64,000 nucleotides of DNA from Macrostomum hystrix (lineage: Eukaryota; Animalia; Platyhelminthes), in the NCBI GenBank assembly GCA_950097015.1, contig CATNEN010000002.1, positions 6,076,001-6,140,000 of the forward strand, given 5' to 3'. The notes under the pieces were generated by a model. That model ran no database searches and was not told where the DNA came from. It saw only the letters and a program-made list of their open reading frames with translations. Of this stretch, positions 53,001 to 64,000 are shown piece after piece; the first letter of the stretch is position 1, and each line of letters starts with the position of its first letter. Made by a program: the position numbers and the translations under genes.

Positions 53001-56000
53001 TAAGACCTGCCATGAGACTCTTCGGAGAGTGCAAGGTCGCGCATGTCGGACGATCATGAGCGCCCCGCCATCCGCCCCCTTCGATGGCCTCAACGCCTTC
53101 TTGAACATCCTCCCGCTCGATATCTTTATCCGCGGGGAGGCGGCAAAAACCGCCCGGCGTCTCCTTGATGCCGGTGTGCGCTTCGTCCCCCAACGAGCGG
53201 CAGCGAAGCGAAAGCTCCTGCCGCACACGGACCTTTGCCTGAGAGACTTGGGTGCGAGCAACGGAATCAATGTCCTTACGGACGGTGAACCGTGCTCGCT
53301 CAACCTCCTTCAGCGCTTTAAGGTTCTCATCCCCACCAGGGACCAAGTTAGCGACCACTGGAACACCCAGGAGGTCCACTGCTACACGGACGGATCCATG
53401 AAGGATGGCTCCGCTGGCTTCGGGGTCTGTATCCTTATCAACGGACGTGTTGTCGCCACACACGCCCAACACACTGGAAAATCCTCGAGCGTTTTCCAGA
53501 ACGAGGTCCTGGCCATCAGCTCCTGCGCTGCGGAGTTGAATGAGAAAAACATCTCAGGCAGGACTATCATCTTTCACTCGGACAGTCAGGCTGCTCTGCA
53601 AGCCCTCTGTCACACCACCACAACCTCCCGGACAGTCTCCGACTGTGTCCGGCAGCTCAATAACCTGGCCGGTAAGAATACCGTCAGACTTCAGTGGATA
53701 CCAGGGCACGCCGGTTTCCCTGGTAACGAGCTTGCTGACCACCTGGCCAAGCAGGGAGGAGCCAGCTCTGCGCCGGGCCCCTCCCCCCCGGCTCCGATTC
53801 CGAGCACCGTCATTTATCGTCAGATTAATGATTGGACCGCCAACCTCCATCTTACCCGGTGGAGAAGCACCACTAACTGCCGCCAATCCAAAGCGGCAGT
53901 TCCAGTGCCATCCGCTCGGCTCCGGAAGGTCCTTCTGAACCAGACCCGGAAGGACATCCGGGCCCTCACCATGACCCTCACGGGCCATGGCTGCTACGCC
54001 AGACACTGTTTCCTCCGTGGAGACCTCCGGAGTGAGCTGTGCCCTTTCTGCAACCTTGAGGACGAGGATGCCCTGCACTTCGTCTGCCACTGCCCTTTCT
54101 TCACCAGAGAGAGGCTCAATCACCTCGGACCAAACCCATCAATGGACGATGTTTGCAGATCCGAGAACATCCCGCGGCTCGTCCGGTTCCTAAGGGCTAC
54201 CAGACGAGCCTCTTTCTTCCCCAGCGAGGAACAAGCTGCAGGAAGGACAGAACACGGACCTCCCTGACTGGCCCCGCGCCATCGGCCGATTGCGGGTCTT
54301 TCAGGGATTAGCGGAATGGGCGACTCCCGCCTCCCCGCTGCGTCCGTCGGACCGCCCTGCAGATAAGTCAAGTCAATCATCTGAGAATCCCTGACTGCTT
54401 TAAGAATCCCATTGAATCATCTGAGAATCCCTGACTGCTTTAAGAATCCCATTGAATCATCTGAGAATCCCTGACTGCTTTAAGAATCCCATTGAATCAT
54501 CTGAGAATCCCTGACTGCTTTAAGAATCCCATTGAATCATCTGAGAATCCCTGACTGCTTTAAGAATCCCATTGAATCATCTGAGAATCCCTGACTGCTT
54601 TAAGAATCCCATTGAATCATCTGAGAATCCCTGACTGCTTTAAGAATCCCATTGAATCATCTGAGAATCCCTGACTGCTTTAAGAATCCCATTGAATCAT
54701 CTGAGAATCCCTGACTGCTTTAAGAATCGCTGTCTTATCTAAAATTTCCTTACTCAAAAAAATTTCCTGAATTATCTTATAGACTTAAGAATCTGACTCA
54801 GTCTCAAAATCCAGCCTGCATTAATCTCATTATCCTCACTGGGCAGTTGTCTCGAGATGTCCACAGCTGGATGAGACATCGCCGCGTCGTGCATCAGAAT
54901 GCGATAGCTGCCGACGCTGAACACACTCAGAGCCGACTCCCTGGTGGAATTATCCGCAGTAGATGCAGGTGAAGGTCCCCATCTAACAATATAGACGCAG
55001 CCCCTGTGCTGGCTTGGCGCCAGTCTGACAGCCTTGGAAGGCGAGCTGGCCAAAAAGTCCAGGCAGCCAACCTGTCCAGCGTCAGTGCCGAAGGCCAGCA
55101 GGCCCTCCTGACTCGGATGCCAGGCCAGGGCGCTGACGCGGCCGTTGATGCCCTGCCAGTGCAGGCTGACATCGTAGACTAGGCCGCCTCGGCGCCAGAT
55201 TCTAACGCAGCCATCGCCGCAGCCGACAGCCAGTGTGGTGGGGTTAGTAGGGCTAGGCTGTGAGCACAGCACAAAGCCAGAGGCGGTTGGCACAGCCGTA
55301 TCCAGCTGGGCGGGTCCGTCTGCTGATTTCGGCATGCGCAGCTCGCATATCCACCAGTCGATGCCGAATGTGTACACCCGGTCAGCCCGGCTGGCCAGGC
55401 AGAACACAATGCGACCTAACGGCGTCTTGCCGTTGCTGCCTAGCAACGGAGAATAACCGCACGCGGCTGATGCGTCACGCCTGAGAATGTCGCCCATAGG
55501 CGTAGTGAACAGCAGCTGCTGGTGCTCGCGGGTCCAGGTCAGGCTCACCCAGTACCGACGATCGTCCGACTGGTTCCAGGTGCGCTTCTTGTTCTGAGCG
55601 CTGACTGGCACCTGCGGGTTGACCAAGTCATTGTGGACTCAAAACACTATCAAATGGTGGACTCAAAAGAGACTCAAATGGTTGACTCAAAAGAGACCAT
55701 CAATTTCTATGGACTCATTTCATCAATCTCTATGGACTCATTCCATCAATCTCTATGGACTCATTTCATCAATCTCTATGGACTCATTTCATCAATCTCT
55801 ATGGACTCATTTCATCAATCTCTATGGACTCATTTCATCAATCTCTATGGACTCATTTCATCAATCTCTATGGACTCATTCCATCAATTTCTATAGACTC
55901 ATTCCATCAATCTCTATGGACTCATTCCATCAATTTCTATAGACTCATTTCATCAATCTCTATGGACTCATTTCATCTATCTCTATGGACTCATTCCATC

Positions 56001-57859
56001 AATTTCTATGGACTCATTTCATCAATCTCTATGGACTCATTCCATCAATTTCTATGGACTCATTCCATCAATCTCTATGGACTCATTCCATCAATTTCTA
56101 TGGACTCATTTCATCAATCTCTATGGACTCATTTCATCAATCTCTATGGACTCATTTCATCAATCTCTATGGACTCATTTCATCAATCTCTATGGACTCA
56201 TTTCATCAATCTCTATGGACTCATTCCATCAATTTCTATAGACTCATTTCATCAATCTCTATGGACTCATTTCATCAATCTCTATGGACTCATTCCATCA
56301 ATTTCTATAGACTCATTTCATCAATCTCTATGGACTCATTCCATCTATTTCTATGGACTCATTTCATCAATCTCTATGGACTCATATCATCAATCTCTAT
56401 GGACTCATTTCATCAATCTCTATGGACTCATTTCATCAATCTCTATGGACTCATTTCATCAATCTCTATGGACTCATTCCATCAATTTCTATGGACTCAT
56501 TTCATCAATCTCTATGGACTCATTTCATCAATCTCTATGGACTCATTTCATCAATCTCTATGGACTCATTCCATCAATTTCTATGGACTCATTCCATCAA
56601 TTTCTATGGACTCATTTCATCAATCTCTATGGACTCATTCCATCAATTTCTATGGACTCATTTCATCAATTTCTATGGACTCATTTCATCAATCTCTATG
56701 GACTCATTTCATCAATCTCTATGGACTCATTTCATCAATCTCTATGGACTCATTTCATCAATCTCTATGGACTCATTTCATCAATCTCTATGGACTCATT
56801 TCATCTATTTCTATGGACTCATTTCATCAATCTCTATGGACTCATTCCATCAATCTCTATGGACTCATTTCATCAATTTCTATGGACTCATTTTATCAAT
56901 CTCTATGGACTCATTCCATCAATTTCTATGGACTCATTCCATCAATTTCTATGGACTCATTCCATCAATTTCTATGGACTCATTTCATCAATCTCTATGG
57001 ACTCATTCCATCAATTTCTATGGACTCATTTCATCAATCTCTATGGACTCATTTCATCAATCTCTATGGACTCATTTCATCAATCTCTATGGACTCATTT
57101 CATCAATCTCTATGGACTCATTTCATCAATCTCTATGGACTCATTCCATCAATCTCTATGGACTCATTTCATCAATCTCTATAAACTCACTCTACTAATC
57201 ATTGTGTACTCATTCTCCCAATGGCTCATTGAACTCACCTTGATCGTCGCTGAGCAGACAACGGCATCCTCGGAGCCGAGTCGCCACAGCTTCAGCAGCT
57301 GATCCCGACCTACGCTGGCCAAGTCGGCCTCTTTAGCAGCCTCGGTGGCGGACTGGGAATCCTGGAGCTGCCGATGAGGACTGGGATTCCAGGCCAGGTT
57401 AATTACTTCGCCAGTGTGAGCAGCCAGCTGATGCAGCACTGAGAGGCTGCCGGCGGATTGGGCGGCCTTGCTGAGCTTGAGAACGCACAGCTGACCTGAG
57501 CGTCCAGCACAGGCTAGAATTTCTGAGGAGTCAGGCTTCCACAGCACCTGTTTTGAGCACAGTTTAGGTGTTTTGAGTATGCGTCTGTTAATGTTACGAT
57601 TCTAATCAAAGTCTATTGATTTTCTTATCCTAAGGGCATACTTCAGTGTGAATATGAACTATCCCAATCCACTTCACCCCTAGGGGAAAACAAAAATCCA
57701 CTTGGTCAGATTGCTTAAATATTTTAACCATTATCTCTTTCAAATCAAACCCATCAAACTCAATCCCCTTCAATCTAATCCTAAAATTAAGTACAGGTAA
57801 TCCAGCAATGTTTCGCACCTGATTGACACCTTGCTCCTTGCTGAAGGGTCGGCACTGGA

Positions 57860-57911
<52 letters not shown>

Positions 57912-58493
57912 CCTGGGCAGCCATCGCAGCACCACAACGTGGCCGCTCTCGCAGCCGACTGCTAGCGGGCGAGCTCCGGCATTGTCGCCGTCAACGGCCA
58001 CCTCGGCAGCGGACAAGCAGGAAGGCAGCGGCTCCTTTAGTCCCAGAGAGGACGGGTTGAATTCCTTTAGGCAGCGCCGGCCGCAGAAATCCCAAACTCG
58101 AACAAAGCCGTCGTGTCCGCAGGTGGCAAATTTGGCGGCCGCCGCTGTCGATAATTCAGCCAACTCGCCGTCCTCGAGCGGCTGTTGCTGCTGCTGATCT
58201 GTGCAGTCGCCATTGAAATCCTCGATAGCAGCAATGCCGCTGCATTTCACCTGATGAGCCGGCAGGAATCCCAGGTAATATAGGGAATTATTGGTCTTGT
58301 TAGCATTAGCCGCGTCCAACACCTGGTTGCCATTGGTAACAGGACGCCTAGCCAGGTAAATAACATTCTGTCTGGCCGCGTACGCAACTACGCCGTTGCT
58401 AAGGACGCAAGCGACGCTGCTGTCGTAATAGTTTGGCGAAGCGATGAGAGAGGGCTGCATAGTCGCCTCAGAGTCCATTAGTTGGTGATCCAT
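41043..58493 (-). CDS. GEMIN5: Gemin5 (WD40 beta-propellers + TPR-like region; SMN complex), 10 exons, about 1408 aa
   Basis: Exons 58493(or 58478)-57819, 57547-57239, 55611-54840, 47147-46795, 45503-45036, 44697-44185, 44110-43895, 43277-43077, 42485-42196, 41472-41043, all GT-AG and phase-consistent. Matches remembered human GEMIN5 segments: SPNYY..VAYAAR; YDVSLHWQGINGRVSALAWHPSQEGLLAFGTDAGQVG; HRGCVYIVRWGP; GHRERITALSWSPH..SGSFDGTVQVW; ALLLCNLRLMPTDPI. Confidence 0.93.
41605..42182. repeat. 21-bp minisatellite (CATGGACTCATCCAAGATTCC), GEMIN5 intron 9
   Basis: Tandem array. Confidence 0.95.
42531..42745 (+). mobile_element. full tRNA-derived SINE (family A) with conserved central domain
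   Basis: A box tagcctagcggttagg; B box ggttcgattcc; central tgctttagcaagacactttactc...cccagctgttaaatgggta; tail cagtccatggactgaacag. Confidence 0.8.
43531..43791 (-). mobile_element. tRNA-derived SINE (family B), GEMIN5 intron 7
   Basis: Reverse complement starts ggagctgagtggcagagcg...gctcgattcc; body homologous to 44701-44965 and 63300-63556. Confidence 0.85.
44701..44965 (+). mobile_element. tRNA-derived SINE (family B), GEMIN5 intron 5
   Basis: B box gagttcgaatcc; body shares ctgcctgacgatga-aagtcagggcagatgtacacac with the other copies. Confidence 0.85.
45568..46745. repeat. 25-bp minisatellite (GGTGACCCAGTTCACTACACCTTCA), GEMIN5 intron 4
   Basis: About 47 units. Confidence 0.95.
47205..47270 (+). 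mobile_element. SINE family B head fragment
   Basis: taacgcgtttgcctctcgcaccaaggtcc...gctcgattccgc matches the head of the 43791 copy. Confidence 0.7.
47372..47940. repeat. 21-bp minisatellite (AAGAATCCCATTGAATCATCT)
   Basis: Tandem array left of the retrotransposon. Confidence 0.95.
47955..48180 (+). ncRNA. HDV-like self-cleaving ribozyme (predicted) at the retrotransposon 5' end
   Basis: P1 GCUCGC 47955-60 / GCGAGU 48138-43 (G1-U wobble); P2 CCCAU 48120-24 / AUGGG 48176-80; P3 GGG/CCC; L3 UACACGC; P1.1 AC/GU; P4 GGCUGCCC-CUA-GGGCAGCC; J4/2 CAGA with candidate catalytic C at 48172. Confidence 0.85.
48240..48777 (+). repeat. 96-bp tandem monomers (about 5.5) in the retrotransposon 5' UTR
   Basis: TGCACC starts at 48301, 48399, 48495, 48591 and 48687. 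Confidence 0.95.
48982..50569 (+). CDS. retrotransposon ORF1 (gag-like; DUF4780-like central domain) with a 1-nt frameshift at a C9 run near 49277-49285
   Basis: ATG 48982 in good context (gccATGg); MASPISS... continues into the 49190-50569 frame at the C run; central AIIVVGEEQDLSNEQL...GAVLLWCKS recalls LOA-type ORF1. Confidence 0.75.
50566..54267 (+). CDS. retrotransposon ORF2: AP endonuclease, reverse transcriptase, RNase H, C-terminal zinc-knuckle-like; intact, 1233 aa
   Basis: LQVNLQH, ILVQEP, GDINAHH, SDH (APE); KSPGPDGI, FRPISL, LDIDGAFD, QGGVLSP, YADD (RT); YTDGS, HSDSQAAL, WIPGHAGFPGNELADHLAK (RNase H); CPFC...HFVCHCP. Confidence 0.97.
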   Translation: MIGHTGITCLQVNLQHCIAASVNLMRYVELNMPGLILVQEPWTHKGKPQNVPNGYHCLYNSRHWENQTPRACILVRNSLNAWHRPDLSDRDTCVIQTENILPGKTVLIASVYLPGDRPAVPEELISLIETCAAKNYELIVAGDINAHHTHWGSSDINSRGEDLLAYILTTSLEFCNTGSTPTFDNGRWSEVIDATLATPGLYQSLREWQVLPETSLSDHKYISFQLAGARCTNQITWKRNARNTDWEAFRHNLEGTQRNLSPPANTCDEADELAEFLTNSLTTAFEASCPLKAYRGKTSAPWWNPQLGELRRTAKRLHRRATKTKNPADQAAYLEAIHSFKKEVRNAKNSKWRQYCEELEGTRPTSRIVKALTLDKMSKLSTVRKADGRPTENPGETLDTMLTAFFPSVPAGTDPPDHTEGGHILATSIITEDRVTKAAQSFKPFKSPGPDGIIPAFIREAVKCHGFLTNLCKLLKACIVLGYVPKAWTEARVVFIPKPGRPDYHSIKSFRPISLTSTMVKLMERLVLWRLLSVELKNMPLSGNQHAFRSGRSTESALHALVDALEKAVLGNGFALSIFLDIDGAFDNVLFEAFDRALRMRHTHSHLRRWIMYMVRHRTATAHLLGHQRTVTVCKGCPQGGVLSPVLWNMVIDELLRDSQPDPILKVGYADDVTAVASGPVPEALRDLLQNFINNAERWATRCGLKLSESKTAAIMFTSKNKWHIRPLQLYGKDITFQKQTKCLGITLDHRLSWTPHVHAKAKKAFAILAQLRRAVGNTWGLTPKRLWWIYTAMVRPAVSYAGLIWASALQLKTCHETLRRVQGRACRTIMSAPPSAPFDGLNAFLNILPLDIFIRGEAAKTARRLLDAGVRFVPQRAAAKRKLLPHTDLCLRDLGASNGINVLTDGEPCSLNLLQRFKVLIPTRDQVSDHWNTQEVHCYTDGSMKDGSAGFGVCILINGRVVATHAQHTGKSSSVFQNEVLAISSCAAELNEKNISGRTIIFHSDSQAALQALCHTTTTSRTVSDCVRQLNNLAGKNTVRLQWIPGHAGFPGNELADHLAKQGGASSAPGPSPPAPIPSTVIYRQINDWTANLHLTRWRSTTNCRQSKAAVPVPSARLRKVLLNQTRKDIRALTMTLTGHGCYARHCFLRGDLRSELCPFCNLEDEDALHFVCHCPFFTRERLNHLGPNPSMDDVCRSENIPRLVRFLRATRRASFFPSEEQAAGRTEHGPP
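54375..54727. repeat. 40-bp minisatellite (dimer-like derivative of the 21-bp unit)
   Basis: Unit AATCATCTGAGAATCCCTGACTGCTTTAAGAATCCCATTG, about 9 copies. Confidence 0.95.
55700..57185. repeat. 23-bp minisatellite (CTATGGACTCATTTCATCAATCT), GEMIN5 intron 2
   Basis: About 65 units. Confidence 0.97.
57861..57911 (-). repeat. (GGC)17 coding microsatellite, poly-Gly in GEMIN5 exon 1
   Basis: Perfect trinucleotide run in frame. Confidence 0.9.
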
Positions 58494-58764
58494 TTTACAG
58501 CTGAAAGTTGGATTTGGAACCGAACAACTTTGGCTCACTGGTTAAATAAACAAATCCTGTCTATGATAACCCTTTTTAAAACTGAGGACACTTCAGAATA
58601 AATTAAATCACCAACAAGATCATCGTCGAAATAGAAGAGCCAAGCTCACATGTTCTCACACTGCTCCTAAGTGAGATCTCTTTCTTGTCTCTCCAGTGTC
58701 TCATCTCTGTCCAGTCTTGTCGGGATTTATCCAAACTTATCTGCCTTATCTCTCCTGTGTCTAA

Positions 58765-60200
<1,436 letters not shown>

Positions 60201-60804
60201 GTGTCTCATATCCCGTCTTGTTTCTCTAATGTATTTCTTCTCTCCTGCAAAATTTAATAGTTCTATCTTTATAGAATAACTCTTAGACAGAAATAAAGTC
60301 GGTAAATTGTAGAACTAAAAAAAGTTCTCGCACAAAACAAAAGCGTCTATTTTATATTCTTTAAAAATCAGGAAGAATAGAAGTATTAGCAGTGTCTGGT
60401 ATATTTTATGAAAGTAAATATATTGAAAAACATAGTCAGTCTGAAAGTTAAAAAAAATGGGACATGCTATACTCAGAAAGGAATGAATCTATGCAAACAG
60501 GGTCGAGTGATAACCTGCATTTGCAGACTGGGTCGAATGAGTAATTACAGAAAAAATGTAAAAAATACTTAGCAGGCAATCAATAAAAGAAATATAGATA
60601 AATGAAATAATTCACGTAGTGCGCGTGAATAAAAAATCATGAAGTTTAAGCACTTTTGCTAAAAAACCTCGAATGAAAAACCTACTCAGAAATAACCGAT
60701 TTCTCAGCTAATGCACTGTCCGTCCAAAGGAAGCCTGCAGTTCATCGACTAGGACACCTATATTTTCTCTATCAGATGCTACAGTCTTGTCTTAAGTGCT
60801 TAAA

Positions 60805-61490
60805 TTATTCAGGACCCACAGTCTCCTCGATTCCCCCAGTTATTCAGGACCACAATCTCCTCGATTCCCCCAGTTATTCAGGACCCACAATCTCCTCGAT
60901 TCCCCCAGTTATTCAGGACCACAACCTCCTCGATTCCCCCAGTATTCAGGAACCATAACCTCCTCGATTCCCCCAGTTATTCAGGACCACAACCTCCTCG
61001 ATTCCCCCAGTTATTCAGGACCCACAATCTCCTCGATTCCCCCAGTTATTCAGGACCACAACCTCCTCGATTCCCCCAGTTATTCAGGACCACAACCTCC
61101 TCGATTCCCCCAGTTATTCAGGAACCACAACCTCCTCGATTCCCCCAGTTATTCAGGACCACAACCTCCTCAATTCCCCCAGTTATTCAGGACCCACAAT
61201 CTCCTCGATTCCCCCAGTTATTCAGGACCCACAACCTCCTCGATTCCCCCAGTTATTCAGGACCACAGCCTCCTCGATTCTCCCAGTTATTCAGGACCAC
61301 AACCCCCTCGATTCTCCCAGTTATTCAGGACCACAACCCCCTCGATTCTCCCAGTTATTCAGGACCCACAACCTCCTCGATTCCCCCAGTTATTCAGGAC
61401 CCACAACCTCCTCGATTCCCCCAGTTATTCAGGACCACAATCTCCTCGATTCCCCCAGTTATTCAGGACCCACAACCTCCTCGATTTCAG
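60805..61490. repeat. 34-35-bp minisatellite
   Basis: Unit ACAACCTCCTCGATTCCCCCAGTTATTCAGGACC. Confidence 0.95.
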
Positions 61491-61614
61491 TGATTCCTAA
61501 GTGTAATTGATTAATGAAATTATAAGAATCTATTTTAGTGCTGGGCACATTGTAAGAAGTCTTACCAGCAGGCAAATTCATTAGGTACTAAAAGACTGGT
61601 TAGCCGCAGCCGAG

Positions 61615-61945
61615 TCAGACAATAAATGGTCCATTTGGCTTCTTGGCCTTGAATTTCTTATCCAATTTGTTAGTCTGGGTGCCAACAGAGGCGGTGGAGT
61701 TGAAGTTGAGCAGCCAGTGCGTGCACATTGCGAAGCAGAAAATTAGGCAGAATAATAGCACAGCCTGAAGCCAGAAGTGGGACGGATAATCCGTCCAAAC
61801 ACGGCTGCTCCATTCTGAATCAATGAATTCGCTGCTTTTGATGACCACATTGCCATCGAGGCTGCCTTGCCGCAGGGTCAACAGAGCCTGCAGGATTTGG
61901 CTAGATTGTAGCTGGGACGAGGAATTGCGCAACAACTCGCGCATC
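61615..61945 (-). CDS. hypothetical small single-pass membrane protein
   Basis: ORF MRELLRN...HFWLQAVLLFCLIFCFAMCTHWLL...KKFKAKK (TM segment plus basic tail), preceded by an acceptor-like ttgcag; no homology recognised. Confidence 0.35.
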
Positions 61946-62159
61946 TGTAGCGTCTGGCTATCCTGCAATTCATGATTGGCCAATTACTGCACAGCTACAC
62001 TACTGTAAGTAACTACACATGTGAAGAAAACTTTAATGTGACTAAGTCCAGTCCACGGACAGGAGGGACGCAACAACCAACCAAAATCATCCCAGCTAAT
62101 GCTGGTTCACATTTAACAACTGGCAGAACTGAAGCAATTAGAGTAGAAATAGTCTTGCT

Positions 62160-62210
62160 GAAAAGAATCGAACCCCGGACCTTCAAGTCGTGAGTCCGAC
62201 GCTCAAACCT
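62160..62210 (-). mobile_element. SINE family A head fragment
   Basis: Reverse complement reads gactcacgacttgaaggtccggggttcgattc. Confidence 0.65.
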
Positions 62211-62444
62211 CCAAACACATGGACAATCGGACAACCTCTTGTCCGACGATAAGTAGGAATATGAAAAACTACCTCTAAATGGCTAGCATCTGCGGCAGGT
62301 GTTAGAATTAGAAATAAGTAGAGGGAACGGAGACTAATTTCATAGTTAAAAGTAATTAAAAGGATGCTATGCAAATGGTACTCATATAGATAAGCTTTAG
62401 TAACATATAGATTTATTTGCCTTGAACCTTCTTAAAACAGGGGG

Positions 62445-62690
62445 TTTGCAGCCTGGTGTTTAAGGCGACGTGCTTAACATTTAAAGGTCGGGGGTTCGAT
62501 TCCTGACTATACTGAAAAAATAGTCTGTTACTTTAGCGAGACTATTGACAATGAATTGGCTTAGTCTGGCCAGCTGGTAAATGGGTACCAGCATTAGCTG
62601 GTTTATAAAGGGTGGACGGTTATAGAAATCATAGTGTGGTTTGTTTTGTGTCATGATGACCCGAGTCCATGGACTGAATAGTTTGTAGCC
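62445..62690 (+). mobile_element. tRNA-derived SINE (family A), diverged
   Basis: B box ggttcgattcc, ccagctggtaaatgggtacc, tail gagtccatggactgaa. Confidence 0.75.
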
Positions 62691-62864
62691 CTATGGCAGC
62701 TTCCATAAAATCTAACATTGATTTGAATTCACTTTAAGTAGACCTTAACTGCATAACAGACGAAAGAAAATACACAAAAATTAGCATTGGAAACGTAGTA
62801 TTTACAGCTGCACAATTGTCATATTTTATTTACTAATATTAACAGCTTTAATTGATAAACCAAT

Positions 62865-63197
62865 TTAGGACAAAACTGTCACAGACTGTACAATGGCTGT
62901 GATTCTAGCATCGCGCACTGTTGAGCACAGTGTGAGACAGGTGACCAGCTTAGTAAGCAGCTGTTTGTGAACGATAACATTGAAGGTCAACTTGTCCAAA
63001 GTTGCACCAGGTGAAACTGATTCAACATTGAGTGGGAAAATTCCCAGCTCGCCAAAAAAATCTTTGCAGGCGAGCAAAATGAGAGATTTGAGGGCTGATC
63101 GACTGCGCAGACTAGGTGTGTAAGCAGGCTTGTCGCACTGCAGTTCAACAGTGCAGCTGTACTTCTGCTCAGTCAAGTTGCCATCAGTGTCTGACAT
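62865..63197 (-). CDS. RPP14: Rpp14/Pop5-family RNase P/MRP subunit-like protein, 110 aa
   Basis: LKSLILLACKDFFGELG and LTKLVTCLTL resemble remembered human RPP14 FKQLLISAVKDLFGEVD and LVKLWSSLTL; ATG lies 2 nt after an acceptor-like tttcag. Confidence 0.6.
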   Translation of the reverse strand: MSDTDGNLTEQKYSCTVELQCDKPAYTPSLRSRSALKSLILLACKDFFGELGIFPLNVESVSPGATLDKLTFNVIVHKQLLTKLVTCLTLCSTVRDARITAIVQSVTVLS

Positions 63198-63299
63198 TTC
63201 TGAAATTAATTCATCTTAGGTAGATGTATAAAGCAGTAGGGCATAATATATAAAAATAAATTGATGGCTTCTCTCTTTTTGATAATTAATAATAATAAT

Positions 63300-63556
63300 G
63301 ATGATGAGCACACAGGTACTCAGATACTGTACACAGGCATGCACTCAAACAAGTATATAAATCTGCCCTTTCTAATTGTCAGGCAGTGTACACTCTCACT
63401 GTGCCTAGGAGGTGGGCCCTCAATGGTGTAAATTGCACGACAAGCCCACAAGCTTTCTCTCCATGGCTGCAATCCAATTTAATGTGGCGTCACTGCTAAA
63501 TTGAGCTTAGGGACATTAGAGTGATAGGCAAATGCTTTACAACTCAGCCACTGACC
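63300..63556 (-). mobile_element. tRNA-derived SINE (family B), diverged
   Basis: Homologous to 43531-43791 (tcaggcagtgtacactctcactgtgcc, aaattgcacgacaagccc). Confidence 0.75.
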
Positions 63557-64000
63557 CCCAATTTTCAAAAAATTTGTCTATAATTTTAAAGTTTTTAATC
63601 CCTTTTAAAAGTTAGTCAATTAGAGCTCAGCCGATTAAAATAAACAAATGCTCAAACAATATGTTAAGATAGGCCAACTAATATAAATCCAACTAAGAAC
63701 AAATTATAGGGTATAGCATAGTAAAGGCACATTAAAGGCACTAGATTATTTTAAGTGAGCTAAGCCTTTTGTCATTGTAATGTCTATCTTCTTATCTGTC
63801 CTCTTTACTCCCTCCTTTCTGTTGTCCATTTCTTTTTATTCTCTCTCCCTCTTCTTTTCACTTTGCTATGCTGTTATTTTGTTCCCTTTCTGCTTTCTTT
63901 CTCTTTCCTTTTTTTGTCTAGTCCCATGTGTTATTTTCTCATTTTTATTACTATTTTTTATTATTTTATATTATATTATTTTTTATTTAGCAAAATGTAT

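Larger units (their letters stand above)
47955..54374 (+). mobile_element. full-length non-LTR retrotransposon (I-group, LOA/R1-like, RNase H-bearing), antisense in GEMIN5 intron 3
   Basis: 14-bp TSD AATCATCTGAGAAT at 47941-47954 and 54375-54388; ORF1 + ORF2; short (AAGTC)2 tail. Clade assignment is by motif recall only. Confidence 0.95.

Noticed and set aside
48848-54380. Numerous antisense and alternative-frame ORFs in the retrotransposon and in GC-rich exons
   Set aside because: Shadows of GC-rich real coding frames.

Overview
Eukaryotic (invertebrate) genomic DNA. The very high density of intronic minisatellites is reminiscent of the flatworm Macrostomum, but that is inference only. Two long genes can be rebuilt exon by exon with GT-AG junctions and consistent phases. 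One is a 17-exon P5B-type ATPase (ATP13A-like, + strand, 15584-38256). The other is a convergent 10-exon GEMIN5 (- strand, 58493-41043). Smaller genes are a PAN + fucolectin-like secreted protein, a TMEM272-like protein and an RPP14-like protein. GEMIN5 intron 3 holds a full-length 6.4-kb non-LTR retrotransposon (APE-RT-RNaseH, LOA/R1-like) with a 14-bp target-site duplication. Its first base is the predicted cleavage site of a complete HDV-like ribozyme fold, which is followed by a 96-bp structured monomer array. Other highlights: a 50-copy tandem amplification of a real splice acceptor in which every upstream copy leads to a stop; an inverted SINE pair flanking GEMIN5 exons 6-7; antisense SINE heads forming splice-acceptor tracts; and a Tc1-like relic with a nested 57-bp micro-MITE. 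Most long ORFs in the supplied track are read-throughs of tandem repeats and are not genes. All homology calls are by eye from remembered motifs; no searches were run.
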